Origin: Thermoplasmatota archaeon | Lineage (GTDB): Archaea; Thermoplasmatota; E2; JACPAO01; JAHFTW01 | DNA length: 64,000 nt | Reading direction: 5' to 3' | Assembly: GCA_041601615.1 (NCBI GenBank) | Contig: JBFIHX010000005.1 | Location: forward strand, 40,774-104,773 | Shown: positions 34,963 through 43,719 of the stretch, in pieces | Layout: every line of letters starts with the position of its first letter | Numbering within the stretch: position 1 is the stretch's first letter | The notes under the pieces: generated by a model | Told to the model about the DNA's origin: nothing | Seen by the model: only the letters and a program-made list of their open reading frames with translations | Database searches by the model: none | Position numbers and translations under genes: made by a program

Positions 34963-35715
34963 ATGAGCGACTTGATGCGGTTCCGGGAACACAAGGCGCC
35001 CACGGTCAAGAACCCGGTCTTCGTCGAAGGCCTCCCGGGTGTCGGCAACGTCGGAAAACTCGCCGCCCAACACCTCGTGGACGCCCTCGGCGCCACCCTC
35101 TGGTTCGACATCTTCAGCCACGACTTCCCACCCCAGGTCACCATCGAACCCAATGGCACCGTCCGCTTGGTACGCAACCAAGTCTGGGTCGCCCCCAGCA
35201 AAAAAGGCGACCTCGTTCTCCTGACCGGCGACTACCAGCCGCTGAGCAGCGCCGGACAATTCGCCCTCGTCGAAGGCGTACTGGACCTCATCGAGCCACT
35301 TGGCTGCAAGAGCATGTACACCCTCGGCGGCTTCGGCCTCGGCACCTCCATTGACGACCCCGGCGTCCTAGGTGCTGCCACGGACGAAGCCATGGTCGAT
35401 GAACTCACCAGCCACGGCGTCACCTTCCAAGACGACGAACCCACCGGCGGCATCATCGGCGCCAGCGGCCTATTTCTAGGCCTCGGCATGGAACGCGGCA
35501 TGCGAGGCGCCTGCCTCATGGGCGAAACCAGCGGCTACATGGTCGACCCCGCCGCCGCCCGCGCCGTGCTGCGCGTGCTCGGAAAGATCCTGGGCCGGGA
35601 AATTGATATGACCGACCTTGAAGAAAAGGCGTCCGAAATTGACCGGATTACGCAGCAGTTGCACGACGCAGAGGTCGCGGCGAGAGAGCCGGGCGATTTG
35701 CATTATATTGGGTAG
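34963..35715 (+). CDS. PAC2-family proteasome assembly chaperone
   Basis: MSDLMRFREHKAPTVKNPVFVEGLPGVGNVGKLAAQHLVD... matches the archaeal PAC2/PbaA family and the conserved aIF2a-nop10-PAC2 synteny. Confidence 0.7.
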   Translation: MSDLMRFREHKAPTVKNPVFVEGLPGVGNVGKLAAQHLVDALGATLWFDIFSHDFPPQVTIEPNGTVRLVRNQVWVAPSKKGDLVLLTGDYQPLSSAGQFALVEGVLDLIEPLGCKSMYTLGGFGLGTSIDDPGVLGAATDEAMVDELTSHGVTFQDDEPTGGIIGASGLFLGLGMERGMRGACLMGETSGYMVDPAAARAVLRVLGKILGREIDMTDLEEKASEIDRITQQLHDAEVAAREPGDLHYIG

Positions 35716-35851
35716 GTGGATTGGCTTTGCCGGGGGTGTTGGGGTTGGGTGGGATAATAACTTGTTAGTCCGCCCGTAGGATTTCTTCGGCAGCGAATGG
35801 TGTGGCTGCAAACTCCCGCTGCATGCAGATCCCAGAAAATGGCCAGCAAAA

Positions 35852-36415
35852 GTGAAAACCTCCAGGGCCAATACAAACCTTGAGTGCAACGGAATGGACG
35901 CCATCTTACAAGCGATTGACGAAGCCCTGGCATCAAAAAATTGGCATGCCGCGCTCTTCATGTCCCTTTCCGCCCCAGATGTTTGCGCTTCGCTATGCTC
36001 CGAAACCGGCAAGAGCAACCGAACCATGTATGCCGACTGGTTCAACGAATACGTCGGCAAACGCTACAAGAGGCAGGCTTCGGCGTTTATGGAAGAACAC
36101 ACGTTTCTCTCTGGCAACGACTGCTACGCGCTTCGGTGTACTGCATTGCATCGAGGGGACGTAGATATCAGCGATGAACGCTGTCGTGAAGCGCTTGACT
36201 CGTTCCACTTCACAACGACTGGATCGCACTGCAACCAAGTCGAGGGGGTACTCCAACTCGATGTTCGGACGTTTTGCCAGGACATTTGTGCAGGCGTCCG
36301 CGAATGGGAGTCGCGATGGATTTGCAACGATTCCCAGCATGAGTCGAAGAAGGCGCAGCTGCTTACGATCCACACTGGACCCAGCACCGTCGGCGGAATG
36401 GTGCGTTTTGGCTAG
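35852..36415 (+). CDS. Hypothetical Cys-rich protein in a lower-GC islet
   Basis: 187-aa ORF with no recognised motif. Local GC is visibly lower than its surroundings. Confidence 0.4.
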   Translation: MKTSRANTNLECNGMDAILQAIDEALASKNWHAALFMSLSAPDVCASLCSETGKSNRTMYADWFNEYVGKRYKRQASAFMEEHTFLSGNDCYALRCTALHRGDVDISDERCREALDSFHFTTTGSHCNQVEGVLQLDVRTFCQDICAGVREWESRWICNDSQHESKKAQLLTIHTGPSTVGGMVRFG

Positions 36416-36506
36416 CGGCCTAAGAGGTCACTCAACCCGACCTCTCCCTTCGATCGTGGCGGCTTACCTCAACCGTTAGGCAGTGGTGGAGTTGCGCTCC
36501 CCGCCG

Positions 36507-36863
36507 TTACGAAATGTATGAAATTACGAGCTTGCGAGCCCGTTGTCGGATGTCTCGGTGCACCTTGCCTTGCTTCTTCGTAATCCAGTGGTGCTTCATG
36601 GTCACGACGGTTTCGGTGTCGATGTGCGACTTCTTCCTCATTGACCCTTGATCCCAATGCGTGGGCTTGACCTCGACGAATGCCGCACCCGTTCCGGACC
36701 CACTTGTCATGGCACAGCAAAGATACTGTTCACCGTGCCCCGGGTATGCGTCATTGCTCAAGATGAGCCACGGTCGTTGGCCGCCAGTCACGAGTTCAGG
36801 ATCGTCGTCATGGTACGCGTCAGGGCCCCAAACGACGTCCCCCACGGAATACGGCGCAGACAT
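36507..36863 (-). CDS. PemK/MazF-like toxin (type II TA)
   Basis: VGDVVWGPDA...GQRPWLILSND...CCAMTSGSG...SHIDTETVVTMK follows the MazF/PemK spacing pattern (GD[IV]W...RP.L[IV].S...TS......T[IV]). Confidence 0.5.
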   Translation of the reverse strand: MSAPYSVGDVVWGPDAYHDDDPELVTGGQRPWLILSNDAYPGHGEQYLCCAMTSGSGTGAAFVEVKPTHWDQGSMRKKSHIDTETVVTMKHHWITKKQGKVHRDIRQRARKLVISYIS

Positions 36864-37187
36864 CTAGAACCAATCGTCCGGGTTTTCAGGGCCAAGGCGC
36901 TTGTTTAGGTCCAGTGTCGTTGCATGAATCATGGCTAGTTTTGCACCTTCCAGCTCGGCAGGTTGGAACCAGTAGACCCCCTGCTTGTCCAAGAGCCCGC
37001 GTTGCAGCAGTCGGCGAAGAACCGCTCCGAGAGTGTGGATTTCAATTCCGAGTGCATCCGCGATTTCAACGGAGCGCCAAGCTTCACCGGGTGTTGCGCG
37101 AATGAAGCTCATCACGCGCGTGGGATTTGAGTCGCCTGTGTCGCTGGCACGAGCGCCTTTGAGGAGGGTTGCTACCGCCATGGACAT
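36864..37187 (-). CDS. Putative antitoxin / winged-helix DNA-binding protein upstream of the toxin
   Basis: 107 aa, wHTH-like (WRSVEIADALGIEIHTLGAVLRRLLQRGLLDKQGVYWF). Stop abuts the toxin start (36864/36863). Confidence 0.4.
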   Translation of the reverse strand: MSMAVATLLKGARASDTGDSNPTRVMSFIRATPGEAWRSVEIADALGIEIHTLGAVLRRLLQRGLLDKQGVYWFQPAELEGAKLAMIHATTLDLNKRLGPENPDDWF

Positions 37188-37204
37188 ACTGACTCATATG
37201 TTAG

Positions 37205-37450
37205 TCATCTAGGATAAGCCTGCCGCGGGGTGCGACGAAACTACCCCCATCCTACAAATCGCTCAAGCCGACCACACGCTGCGCATATGGCGGCCTTTCT
37301 CAGTACTTCGACGCCCTCGCCCTCGGCCGCAACAAGGCCGACGTGAGTCGCGACGTTTCTCTGCTGGAACGCCTCGGGCTCGTGAAGACCACTCGCCGCG
37401 GCAACCAAAAATCAATCCAAGCCGCCGTCCACGCCATCGAAATTGTCTGA
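37205..37450 (+). pseudogene. Start-less C-terminal fragment of an ArsR/wHTH-type regulator
   Basis: Open frame ...YFDALALGRNKADVSRDVSLLERLGLVKTTRRGNQKSIQAAVHAIEIV* has no ATG and is preceded by an in-frame TAG. Confidence 0.3.
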
Positions 37451-37496
37451 GCGTCATCCGACCATAACCCCTTCAACCCAGCCTGCCCTCGAACCA

Positions 37497-39149
37497 ATGA
37501 TGCCGGCCATGGAGCAGTTGCCCCGCCGCTCCCGTCTTGCGCGCTTCAATGAGATTGTCAACATTCTCGTCGAAAACGACTTCTGGGGCTTGCTCCAGTC
37601 GCTCTTGAAGGGCCAGGACACGGCTCGCCCCGGCGATGACCCGGCGCCTCGCAAGCTGCGCATCATCTTCGAGCGCCTGGGGCCGACCTTCGTCAAGCTC
37701 GGGCAGCTTCTGGCGACCCGGCCGGACCTGGTGCCACAGAGCTACGCGGAGGAATTCAAGCAACTGTACGACGGAACCAAACCGAGTCCGTTTGCCAAGA
37801 TCCGCGAAGTGGTTCGGGACGAACTGGGCAAGGATCTGGAACAAGTGTTTTCGAGCTTTGATCCGGAAGCCCTCGCCAGCGCCAGCGTCGGACAAGTCCA
37901 CAAGGCGGTGCTCCTGGACGGCACGCCCGTCGCGGTGAAAGTGCAGCACCCCGGCATCGAGACGAGGATGATTCTGGACTTCCAAATCCTGCGCGGCCTC
38001 GTGACCTTCATCGAGAAGACCTTTGCCGCCAGCCGCATTTGGCAACCGACGCAGCACCTTGAGGAGCTGCAACAGATGCTGGAGCGGGAGCTGGACTACC
38101 GCTACGAAATGAAGAACACGCTCCGCGTCGCACAGAATTTCGAAAATGACAACACCGTCCGCATCCCCCGCATGTTCCCGGACCACTCCTCCAAGCGCGT
38201 CTTGGTCATGGAGTTCATGGACGGCCACAAATTTGCCAACGTCGAAGACCTAGACGGCAACGGCATCGACCGCAAGGCCGTGGCCCGCGTCATCACGCAC
38301 GCCATGGCCAAGCAAATCTTCGTCCACCGCGTATTCCACGCCGACCCCAGCCCCGGCAACATGATGGTACTCGCCTCCAACCAAGTCGCATTCTTGGACT
38401 TCGGCGCCGTGGGCGTCGTCACGGAACGCCGCGCCAAGAACATCCTGCGGCTCATCACCGCCATCAGCAAAGGCGACACGGAAGCCAGCGGCGAGGCCGT
38501 CATCGACCTATGCGACCAGTACGGCGAGCACGATCCCAAACGGTTCCAAGTGGACACCGAGAAGCTTCTGGACTTCTTTGAGCGCGAAGAAGTAAGTGTG
38601 GCAGACCCCCGGCTCATGGAGATGATCATGGGCCTTGCCAAGAAGCACAAAATGCTCCTGCCGCCCGACTTCATGCTCATCACCCGGGCCTTGTTCCAAT
38701 TCGATGGCTTCTGCCGCGAACTCGACCCCGACTACGAACTCGTCACGGTCCTCGAACCACTCGTTGGCGAACTCGTTTGGAAGAACCTCACAAGTGCGCG
38801 CAAACAAAAAGAAATCATGGAGGAGACCATCGGGGAGCTCCTGAAATTTGGGCGCCAACTGCCCCACACCCTCAACCAACTCGTGCGCCGCATCGATCGC
38901 AACGAAATACGCACAACCATCGACGTGGCAGGCCTCGAAGGCATCAAACAAAGCCAGGGTCGCTCCGCGCTCAAAATGAGCTTCACCATCGTCGTCGCCG
39001 CGCTCATCATTGGCCTCGGCATCGTCTACACCGGCCCCGACCCCGACAGCCGCGTGCTGCAATTCTTGTTCGGCGCCAGTGGCATCGTCGTCCTATGGGC
39101 CTTCGTGCTCCTCATGTGGTCCGAGATGATGAAAGGCAACCGAGAATAG
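37497..39149 (+). CDS. UbiB/ABC1-family atypical protein kinase
   Basis: RLGPTFVKLGQLLATRPDLVP...ASVGQVHKAVLLDGTPVAVKVQHPGIE, with a C-terminal TM helix. TTG at 37443 and ATG at 37497 are both in frame. Confidence 0.75.
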   Translation: MMPAMEQLPRRSRLARFNEIVNILVENDFWGLLQSLLKGQDTARPGDDPAPRKLRIIFERLGPTFVKLGQLLATRPDLVPQSYAEEFKQLYDGTKPSPFAKIREVVRDELGKDLEQVFSSFDPEALASASVGQVHKAVLLDGTPVAVKVQHPGIETRMILDFQILRGLVTFIEKTFAASRIWQPTQHLEELQQMLERELDYRYEMKNTLRVAQNFENDNTVRIPRMFPDHSSKRVLVMEFMDGHKFANVEDLDGNGIDRKAVARVITHAMAKQIFVHRVFHADPSPGNMMVLASNQVAFLDFGAVGVVTERRAKNILRLITAISKGDTEASGEAVIDLCDQYGEHDPKRFQVDTEKLLDFFEREEVSVADPRLMEMIMGLAKKHKMLLPPDFMLITRALFQFDGFCRELDPDYELVTVLEPLVGELVWKNLTSARKQKEIMEETIGELLKFGRQLPHTLNQLVRRIDRNEIRTTIDVAGLEGIKQSQGRSALKMSFTIVVAALIIGLGIVYTGPDPDSRVLQFLFGASGIVVLWAFVLLMWSEMMKGNRE

Positions 39150-39210
39150 GTCACAGCGTCAGCAAAACCAGAAGGGACCTTTTTTCTTCTCGTGCAATGA
39201 ATCCTAGGGC

Positions 39211-39726
39211 ATGAGCAAGACCCTCCCAATCCTCGTCTTCGTGGCCGCCATCCTCGCCGCAATGACCGCGATCGTCGTCTCCGGCACCATCATCGCCATC
39301 GTTCCCCTCGTCGGCATCGCCGCAGCCGTCTTTCTGCTCATGCTGCGCCACCGCGCCGGATACGTCGCTGGCGGCCTCCTGCTCATTGCCTGCCTCGTCG
39401 CGCTCTCCATGAGCATCGGGGACGTCAATTTCAAAGGCAACGGCGCCGACACCGACGTAGAAACCGGACAAGCCATGGCCATCGCCGCCTCCGTGTTTGC
39501 CAGTACCGCCCTCATGGGCATCGCCTGGACCCGCCTCGAACCCGTCTGGATGCCCTACATCTGGCTCGTCGTCAACCTCGTAGCCCTCGGCCTCACATTT
39601 GGCCTCGGCGGCGACTACGGCAACCCCGTCGACGGCGGCAACTACGCCACCGCCTTCTTCGTCGTCCTCGCAGCCGTCCCCGGCTTGATCATCGCCATCC
39701 GAGGCGAACCGGACCTCAGTGCCTAA
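39211..39726 (+). CDS. Polytopic small membrane protein, hypothetical
   Basis: 171 aa with four or five hydrophobic helices. Confidence 0.45.
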   Translation: MSKTLPILVFVAAILAAMTAIVVSGTIIAIVPLVGIAAAVFLLMLRHRAGYVAGGLLLIACLVALSMSIGDVNFKGNGADTDVETGQAMAIAASVFASTALMGIAWTRLEPVWMPYIWLVVNLVALGLTFGLGGDYGNPVDGGNYATAFFVVLAAVPGLIIAIRGEPDLSA

Positions 39727-39801
39727 CCACGCATTCCGCCCCCGCAAGACAGCCCGCATCTGGGAAAACACGGAACTAGGCAAAGCCGCCCTTCCACGCA
39801 C

Positions 39802-40305
39802 ATGCATCGAAAACGTGTCCTCGGCATCAGCATCGCTGCGGCCGTCGCGGTTGCTGCAGGAGTCGCTTTTTTTGCCGTGCCCTTGTTTCTGCCCGAAAAA
39901 ACCACACAACTGGACCAAGGCTTGCCACCGGGCATGACCTACGGGGCAGCCACGGAGCATGCACGAGGCGGAACCCTGCGCGGCGAGGACGGCCACCGAG
40001 CAAGCGGGACGGTTCAACTCTTGGATGTGGATGGCGCCTGGTACCTACGCTTCGAAGACCTCGACATGACCGCCGGGCCCGACATCTACCTCTACCTCAT
40101 CGAATCCGAAGGCAGCAGCCGCAACGAAATCGAGGCCGGCGTCCGCGTTCCCGTCGTCACCGAAGAAGACCGCAGCGCCCGCATCAACGAACGCGGCACC
40201 TTCAACGTCCAACTCCCCGACGACGTAGACCCGCAACAATACAACGGCATCAGTGTCTGGTGCGACCGCTTCGGCGTCCCCTTTGCCACCGCGCCTCTTG
40301 CCTAA
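39802..40305 (+). CDS. DM13-domain protein (membrane-anchored)
   Basis: N-terminal TM, then GTVQLLDVDGAWYLRFEDLDMTAGPDIYLYL...GISVWCDRFGVPFATAPL, typical of the DM13 domain. Confidence 0.55.
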   Translation: MHRKRVLGISIAAAVAVAAGVAFFAVPLFLPEKTTQLDQGLPPGMTYGAATEHARGGTLRGEDGHRASGTVQLLDVDGAWYLRFEDLDMTAGPDIYLYLIESEGSSRNEIEAGVRVPVVTEEDRSARINERGTFNVQLPDDVDPQQYNGISVWCDRFGVPFATAPLA

Positions 40306-40361
40306 CCCCCTCCGTCTCCGGCCCCCGCGCCCTTTTCAAGCCCGCCCCAGTCGCGCCCGTG

Positions 40362-41711
40362 ATGACGCTGCGAACGCTCGGCTGCGGAGAAGTCCAACCC
40401 GCGCACTACGGCACCGAACAGACCTTCGCTGGCTGGGTCCACACCCTACGCGCCAAGGGCAACATCGCCTTTTTGGAACTGCGCGACCAAACCGGCACCG
40501 TCCAGTTCGTGCTCCTGAAGAAAATGCTCGCCGAGAGCGCCCCCGGCCTCTTTGAAACCCTCACCGACGCCAGCGCCGAGAGTGCCGTGAGCATTACCGG
40601 CCTCGTCAAAGAATCAGACAAAGCCAAAGCCGGCTTCGAAGTTCTGCCCACCGCCGGCACCGTCCTCAACAAAGCCCAGACCCCGCTTCCCATGGCACTT
40701 TGGGACGAAGAAATCCACACCGGCCTCGACACCCGCCTCGACAACCGGTTCCTGGACCTGCGCGGCCCCCGCAGCGCCGCCATCTTCCGCATCCGCAGCG
40801 AAGTGCTGCGCGCCGGCCGTGAATACTTCCAGAGTCAAGGCTTCACCGAGATCACCACCAGCAACATCATCGCCGCAAGCAGCGAAGGCGGCACGGACAC
40901 CTACAAAGTGGACTGGTTTGGCAAGGAATGCTTCCTTTCGCAGTCGCCGCAACTCTACAAGCAAATGATGATGGCCAGCGGCCTCGACCGCGTCTACGAG
41001 ATCGCCCGCTACTTCCGCGCTGAAAAGCACAACACCGTGCGCCACCTCAACGAAAGCACCGCCTTCGACCTGGAACTCGCCTGGATTGAGTCGGAAGAAG
41101 ACGTGATGAAGATCATCGAAGGCCTCCTGCACCACATCTGGAAGGCCGTCGTCGAAAACTGCCCCCAGCACCTTGAAGCCCTCGGCGCCGATGTCCCCGT
41201 TCCCGCCCTGCCCTTCATGCGCGTCGCCTACGAAGACGCCCTCGCCATCATCAACGTCCGCGCCGGCGACCGCCTCCACGCGCCGCTTGCATTCGGCGAC
41301 GACATCGGCACCGAAGCCGAAAAAATCCTCGGCGAAGCGATGCGCGAAGACGGCCACGACTTCTACTTCATCACCAAGTGGCCCCTTGCCCCCAAACCGT
41401 TCTACGTCATGCCCGAGGACGGCACCCAAAACAGCCGACTCTCGCGCAGCTTCGACCTGGACTACCGAGGCGTGGAGCTCATCAGCGGCGCTCAACGCAT
41501 CCACGACCCCGAGTTGTTGGAACAAGGGATTGTGCGCTGGGGCCTGGATCCCAAAGACTTCGGGGATTACCTGGAGTCGTTCAAGTACGGCATGCCGCCG
41601 CACGGTGGATGTGGGATCGGCATCGAGCGGATTCTGATGCAGATGCTGGGCCTCAGCAACATACGCGAAGCCATTCTCTTCCCCCGCGACTTAGACCGCG
41701 TGACGCCGTAG
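40362..41711 (+). CDS. aspS: Aspartyl-tRNA synthetase, archaeal type
   Basis: N-terminal anticodon-binding OB fold and class II motifs (FRAEKHNT..., GGCGIGIERILM). Confidence 0.9.
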   Translation: MTLRTLGCGEVQPAHYGTEQTFAGWVHTLRAKGNIAFLELRDQTGTVQFVLLKKMLAESAPGLFETLTDASAESAVSITGLVKESDKAKAGFEVLPTAGTVLNKAQTPLPMALWDEEIHTGLDTRLDNRFLDLRGPRSAAIFRIRSEVLRAGREYFQSQGFTEITTSNIIAASSEGGTDTYKVDWFGKECFLSQSPQLYKQMMMASGLDRVYEIARYFRAEKHNTVRHLNESTAFDLELAWIESEEDVMKIIEGLLHHIWKAVVENCPQHLEALGADVPVPALPFMRVAYEDALAIINVRAGDRLHAPLAFGDDIGTEAEKILGEAMREDGHDFYFITKWPLAPKPFYVMPEDGTQNSRLSRSFDLDYRGVELISGAQRIHDPELLEQGIVRWGLDPKDFGDYLESFKYGMPPHGGCGIGIERILMQMLGLSNIREAILFPRDLDRVTP

Positions 41712-41794
41712 GCGTTGCGCGGTTTGCGGGGAAGGAAGGCTGAGCGGTTGCTGAGGGCCGGGAGCGAGTCGGCGGCGAAGCCGACGGCTGGCGA

Positions 41795-41860
41795 CTCGGG
41801 TTGCCGAATATACGCGAGGCGATCCTGTTTCCGAGGGATTTGGATCGGGTTACGCCGTAG
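41795..41860 (+). repeat. Echo copy of the last 22 codons of aspS (encodes LGLPNIREAILFPRDLDRVTP*), diverged almost only at synonymous third positions
   Basis: Real end is ctgggcctcagcaacatacgcgaagccattctcttcccccgcgacttagaccgcgtgacgccgtag (41646-41711). Echo is ctcgggttgccgaatatacgcgaggcgatcctgtttccgagggatttggatcgggttacgccgtag. 17 of 22 codons differ, with a single amino-acid change (S to P). Confidence 0.6.
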
Positions 41861-42016
41861 GGTACGAGGTTTCACTTCCGCCAGCGAGGTCGGGTGGGCG
41901 TGGAAGGGTTACCTGTTCAGAGTTTCTAATCTGGATGCCGAATCTTAATCAGATTCGCCCTGCGATTGCTGCATGACCTTGCCCTTGAACCAGGTCCCGA
42001 ACTGCTCGGTTCGTCG

Positions 42017-42508
42017 TTACCTAGGCATAATTGCATCGAGGGCATCGCAGAGCCGTTTCCGGTCTGCGTGCGCTTCGCCTCCAAGCTCAGTGCCCTTGAG
42101 CGTGTTTTCTCGTGCCTTTTTTAGAGTACCATCTCGCAGATTGTTGACGGCCTTCTCGAAAGCCTTCGTGTCAATGGTTTCTGCCTGAAGGTTCCCCTGA
42201 GCGTTGCGCAGCCGAGAATAAGCTGTCTCAATGAGGCTCATGTCCTGGTAAAATTCATTATTTTCATGATATCCACGTAGTGACAGGAAATGGGTAACTT
42301 CAACGGCTGCAGTCCTTGCATCCGCAATGATGTCGCGAAGTCGCTGTTTTTGGGTCCGCCGACCTTCTAAATGGAAAGTGAGCCAGCCACCACCCAAGGC
42401 CAGGAAGGCACCTAAGACAACATTAAATGGTTGAGAAGTAAGAAGTTCCCCAAGATTCACACCACTCCCATCATTTATAGATATATAGAATACTGCATCG
42501 CCCTTCAA
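42017..42508 (-). CDS. Hypothetical protein in a lower-GC patch
   Basis: 163-aa ORF with an internal hydrophobic segment. The AT-rich stretch 42200-42500 contrasts with its flanks. Confidence 0.4.
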   Translation of the reverse strand: MKGDAVFYISINDGSGVNLGELLTSQPFNVVLGAFLALGGGWLTFHLEGRRTQKQRLRDIIADARTAAVEVTHFLSLRGYHENNEFYQDMSLIETAYSRLRNAQGNLQAETIDTKAFEKAVNNLRDGTLKKARENTLKGTELGGEAHADRKRLCDALDAIMPR

Positions 42509-43719
42509 TCAGAAGCCCTTAATTCCTGCTGCCCCGCGCTCAACTGATAGATGCTCCCCCCATGCCCCACCACATACAACCGCCCCTCCCCATCCACCCC
42601 AAAACTCGAAATCCTCGCCTCCACCCGCCCAATGACCCGCGTTTCCCCGCTCAAACGGTCATGACTCCAAATGGTCCCTGAACAGTAGTCGCCAAACACG
42701 TACGTCCCTCGCAAAACACCCGCATCGGTATGATTCCAGACGTGTCCGCCGGTCACGGAGCAGTGCCCGCCGTCGTGGTCGTACTCTGCGACCGGGGGAA
42801 CGTGTCCGGGGGCGTCGCCGTCGCGGTATTTTTGGCTGCCCTCGTAGGTGACCCAGCCGAAGTTGAAGCCGCTGGCGCCGGGGGGTGCGTAGTCGATCTC
42901 TTCGGCGTGGTCCTGGCCTACATCTCCAATCCAGAGGCCGCCGTCGGCGTCGAAGCTGAAGCGCCAGGGGTTGCGCAGGCCGTAGTGCAGTATCCGGGGG
43001 TCTCCACCGCCGTTGAGGAATGGATTGCCGGGAGCACCCGTGGCGGGGCCGGTGCCGGATACGTCGAGCCGCAGGATGCTTCCAAGGATGGTGTGGGTGT
43101 CCTGGCCGTTGCCATGGGGGTCGGCTGCGAGGCCGCCGTCGCCGAGGCCGAGGTAGAGGAAGTCGTCGGGGCCAAACAGCACCGCGCCGCCGTTGTGGTT
43201 CGGGTAGGGTTGGTTCTGGGTGAGGAGGATTTCTTCGCGGCTTGGGTCCGGGAGGCCGTTGGTGCCGGGGGCCATCCGACTGAGCACGGTATCGCCGTCT
43301 AGGGCCGAGTAGTGAACGTATGCGGTGCCGTCGTCTGCCACCGCGAGTCCCAGGAGTCCGCGCTCGCCGCCTCCTCGCACGCGGTCGGTGATGTCGAGCC
43401 AGATCGTCCGCTCGTCGCCGCTATCGAGTCGCCAAACCTTGCCGGCTTGTTCGACCACGAGGAGGCTGCCGTTGTGGTGCGTCACAAGCGTCGGGCTCGA
43501 AAATCCCTCGGCGACGGGCACAAGTTCCAGGGTGACGTTCTCGGCGGCGGCGTAGGCGGGCACGTCGTCTCGGAACCAGCCGGTAAACAGGGTCGCGTAG
43601 ACCGCAAACAGCACCAGAACCAGCACTGCAGACCCTCCCGCAAGGTACCACTGCCAGCGCTTCACGAGGCAGGATCGGGCGCGGCGACTTGATGGTTGGC
43701 CTGACGGACGCGCAACCAA
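42505..43719 (-). CDS. PQQ-dependent (soluble-quinoprotein-type) sugar/sorbosone dehydrogenase, membrane-anchored
   Basis: Beta-propeller SGDH-family motifs (HNGGAVLFGPDDFLYLGLGDGG...GLRNPWRFSFD...WIGDVGQDHAEEID). N-terminal TM anchor. Confidence 0.65.
   Translation of the reverse strand: MVARPSGQPSSRRARSCLVKRWQWYLAGGSAVLVLVLFAVYATLFTGWFRDDVPAYAAAENVTLELVPVAEGFSSPTLVTHHNGSLLVVEQAGKVWRLDSGDERTIWLDITDRVRGGGERGLLGLAVADDGTAYVHYSALDGDTVLSRMAPGTNGLPDPSREEILLTQNQPYPNHNGGAVLFGPDDFLYLGLGDGGLAADPHGNGQDTHTILGSILRLDVSGTGPATGAPGNPFLNGGGDPRILHYGLRNPWRFSFDADGGLWIGDVGQDHAEEIDYAPPGASGFNFGWVTYEGSQKYRDGDAPGHVPPVAEYDHDGGHCSVTGGHVWNHTDAGVLRGTYVFGDYCSGTIWSHDRLSGETRVIGRVEARISSFGVDGEGRLYVVGHGGSIYQLSAGQQELRASD

Noticed and set aside
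40614-41603. 329-aa minus-strand ORF
   Set aside because: Antisense to aspS.
41862-42016. tRNA gene in the aspS-downstream intergenic region (imperfect aatctgga...atcagatt inverted repeat)
   Set aside because: There is no T-loop GTTCRANYC-like motif or acceptor-stem complementarity. This is likely just a small hairpin.
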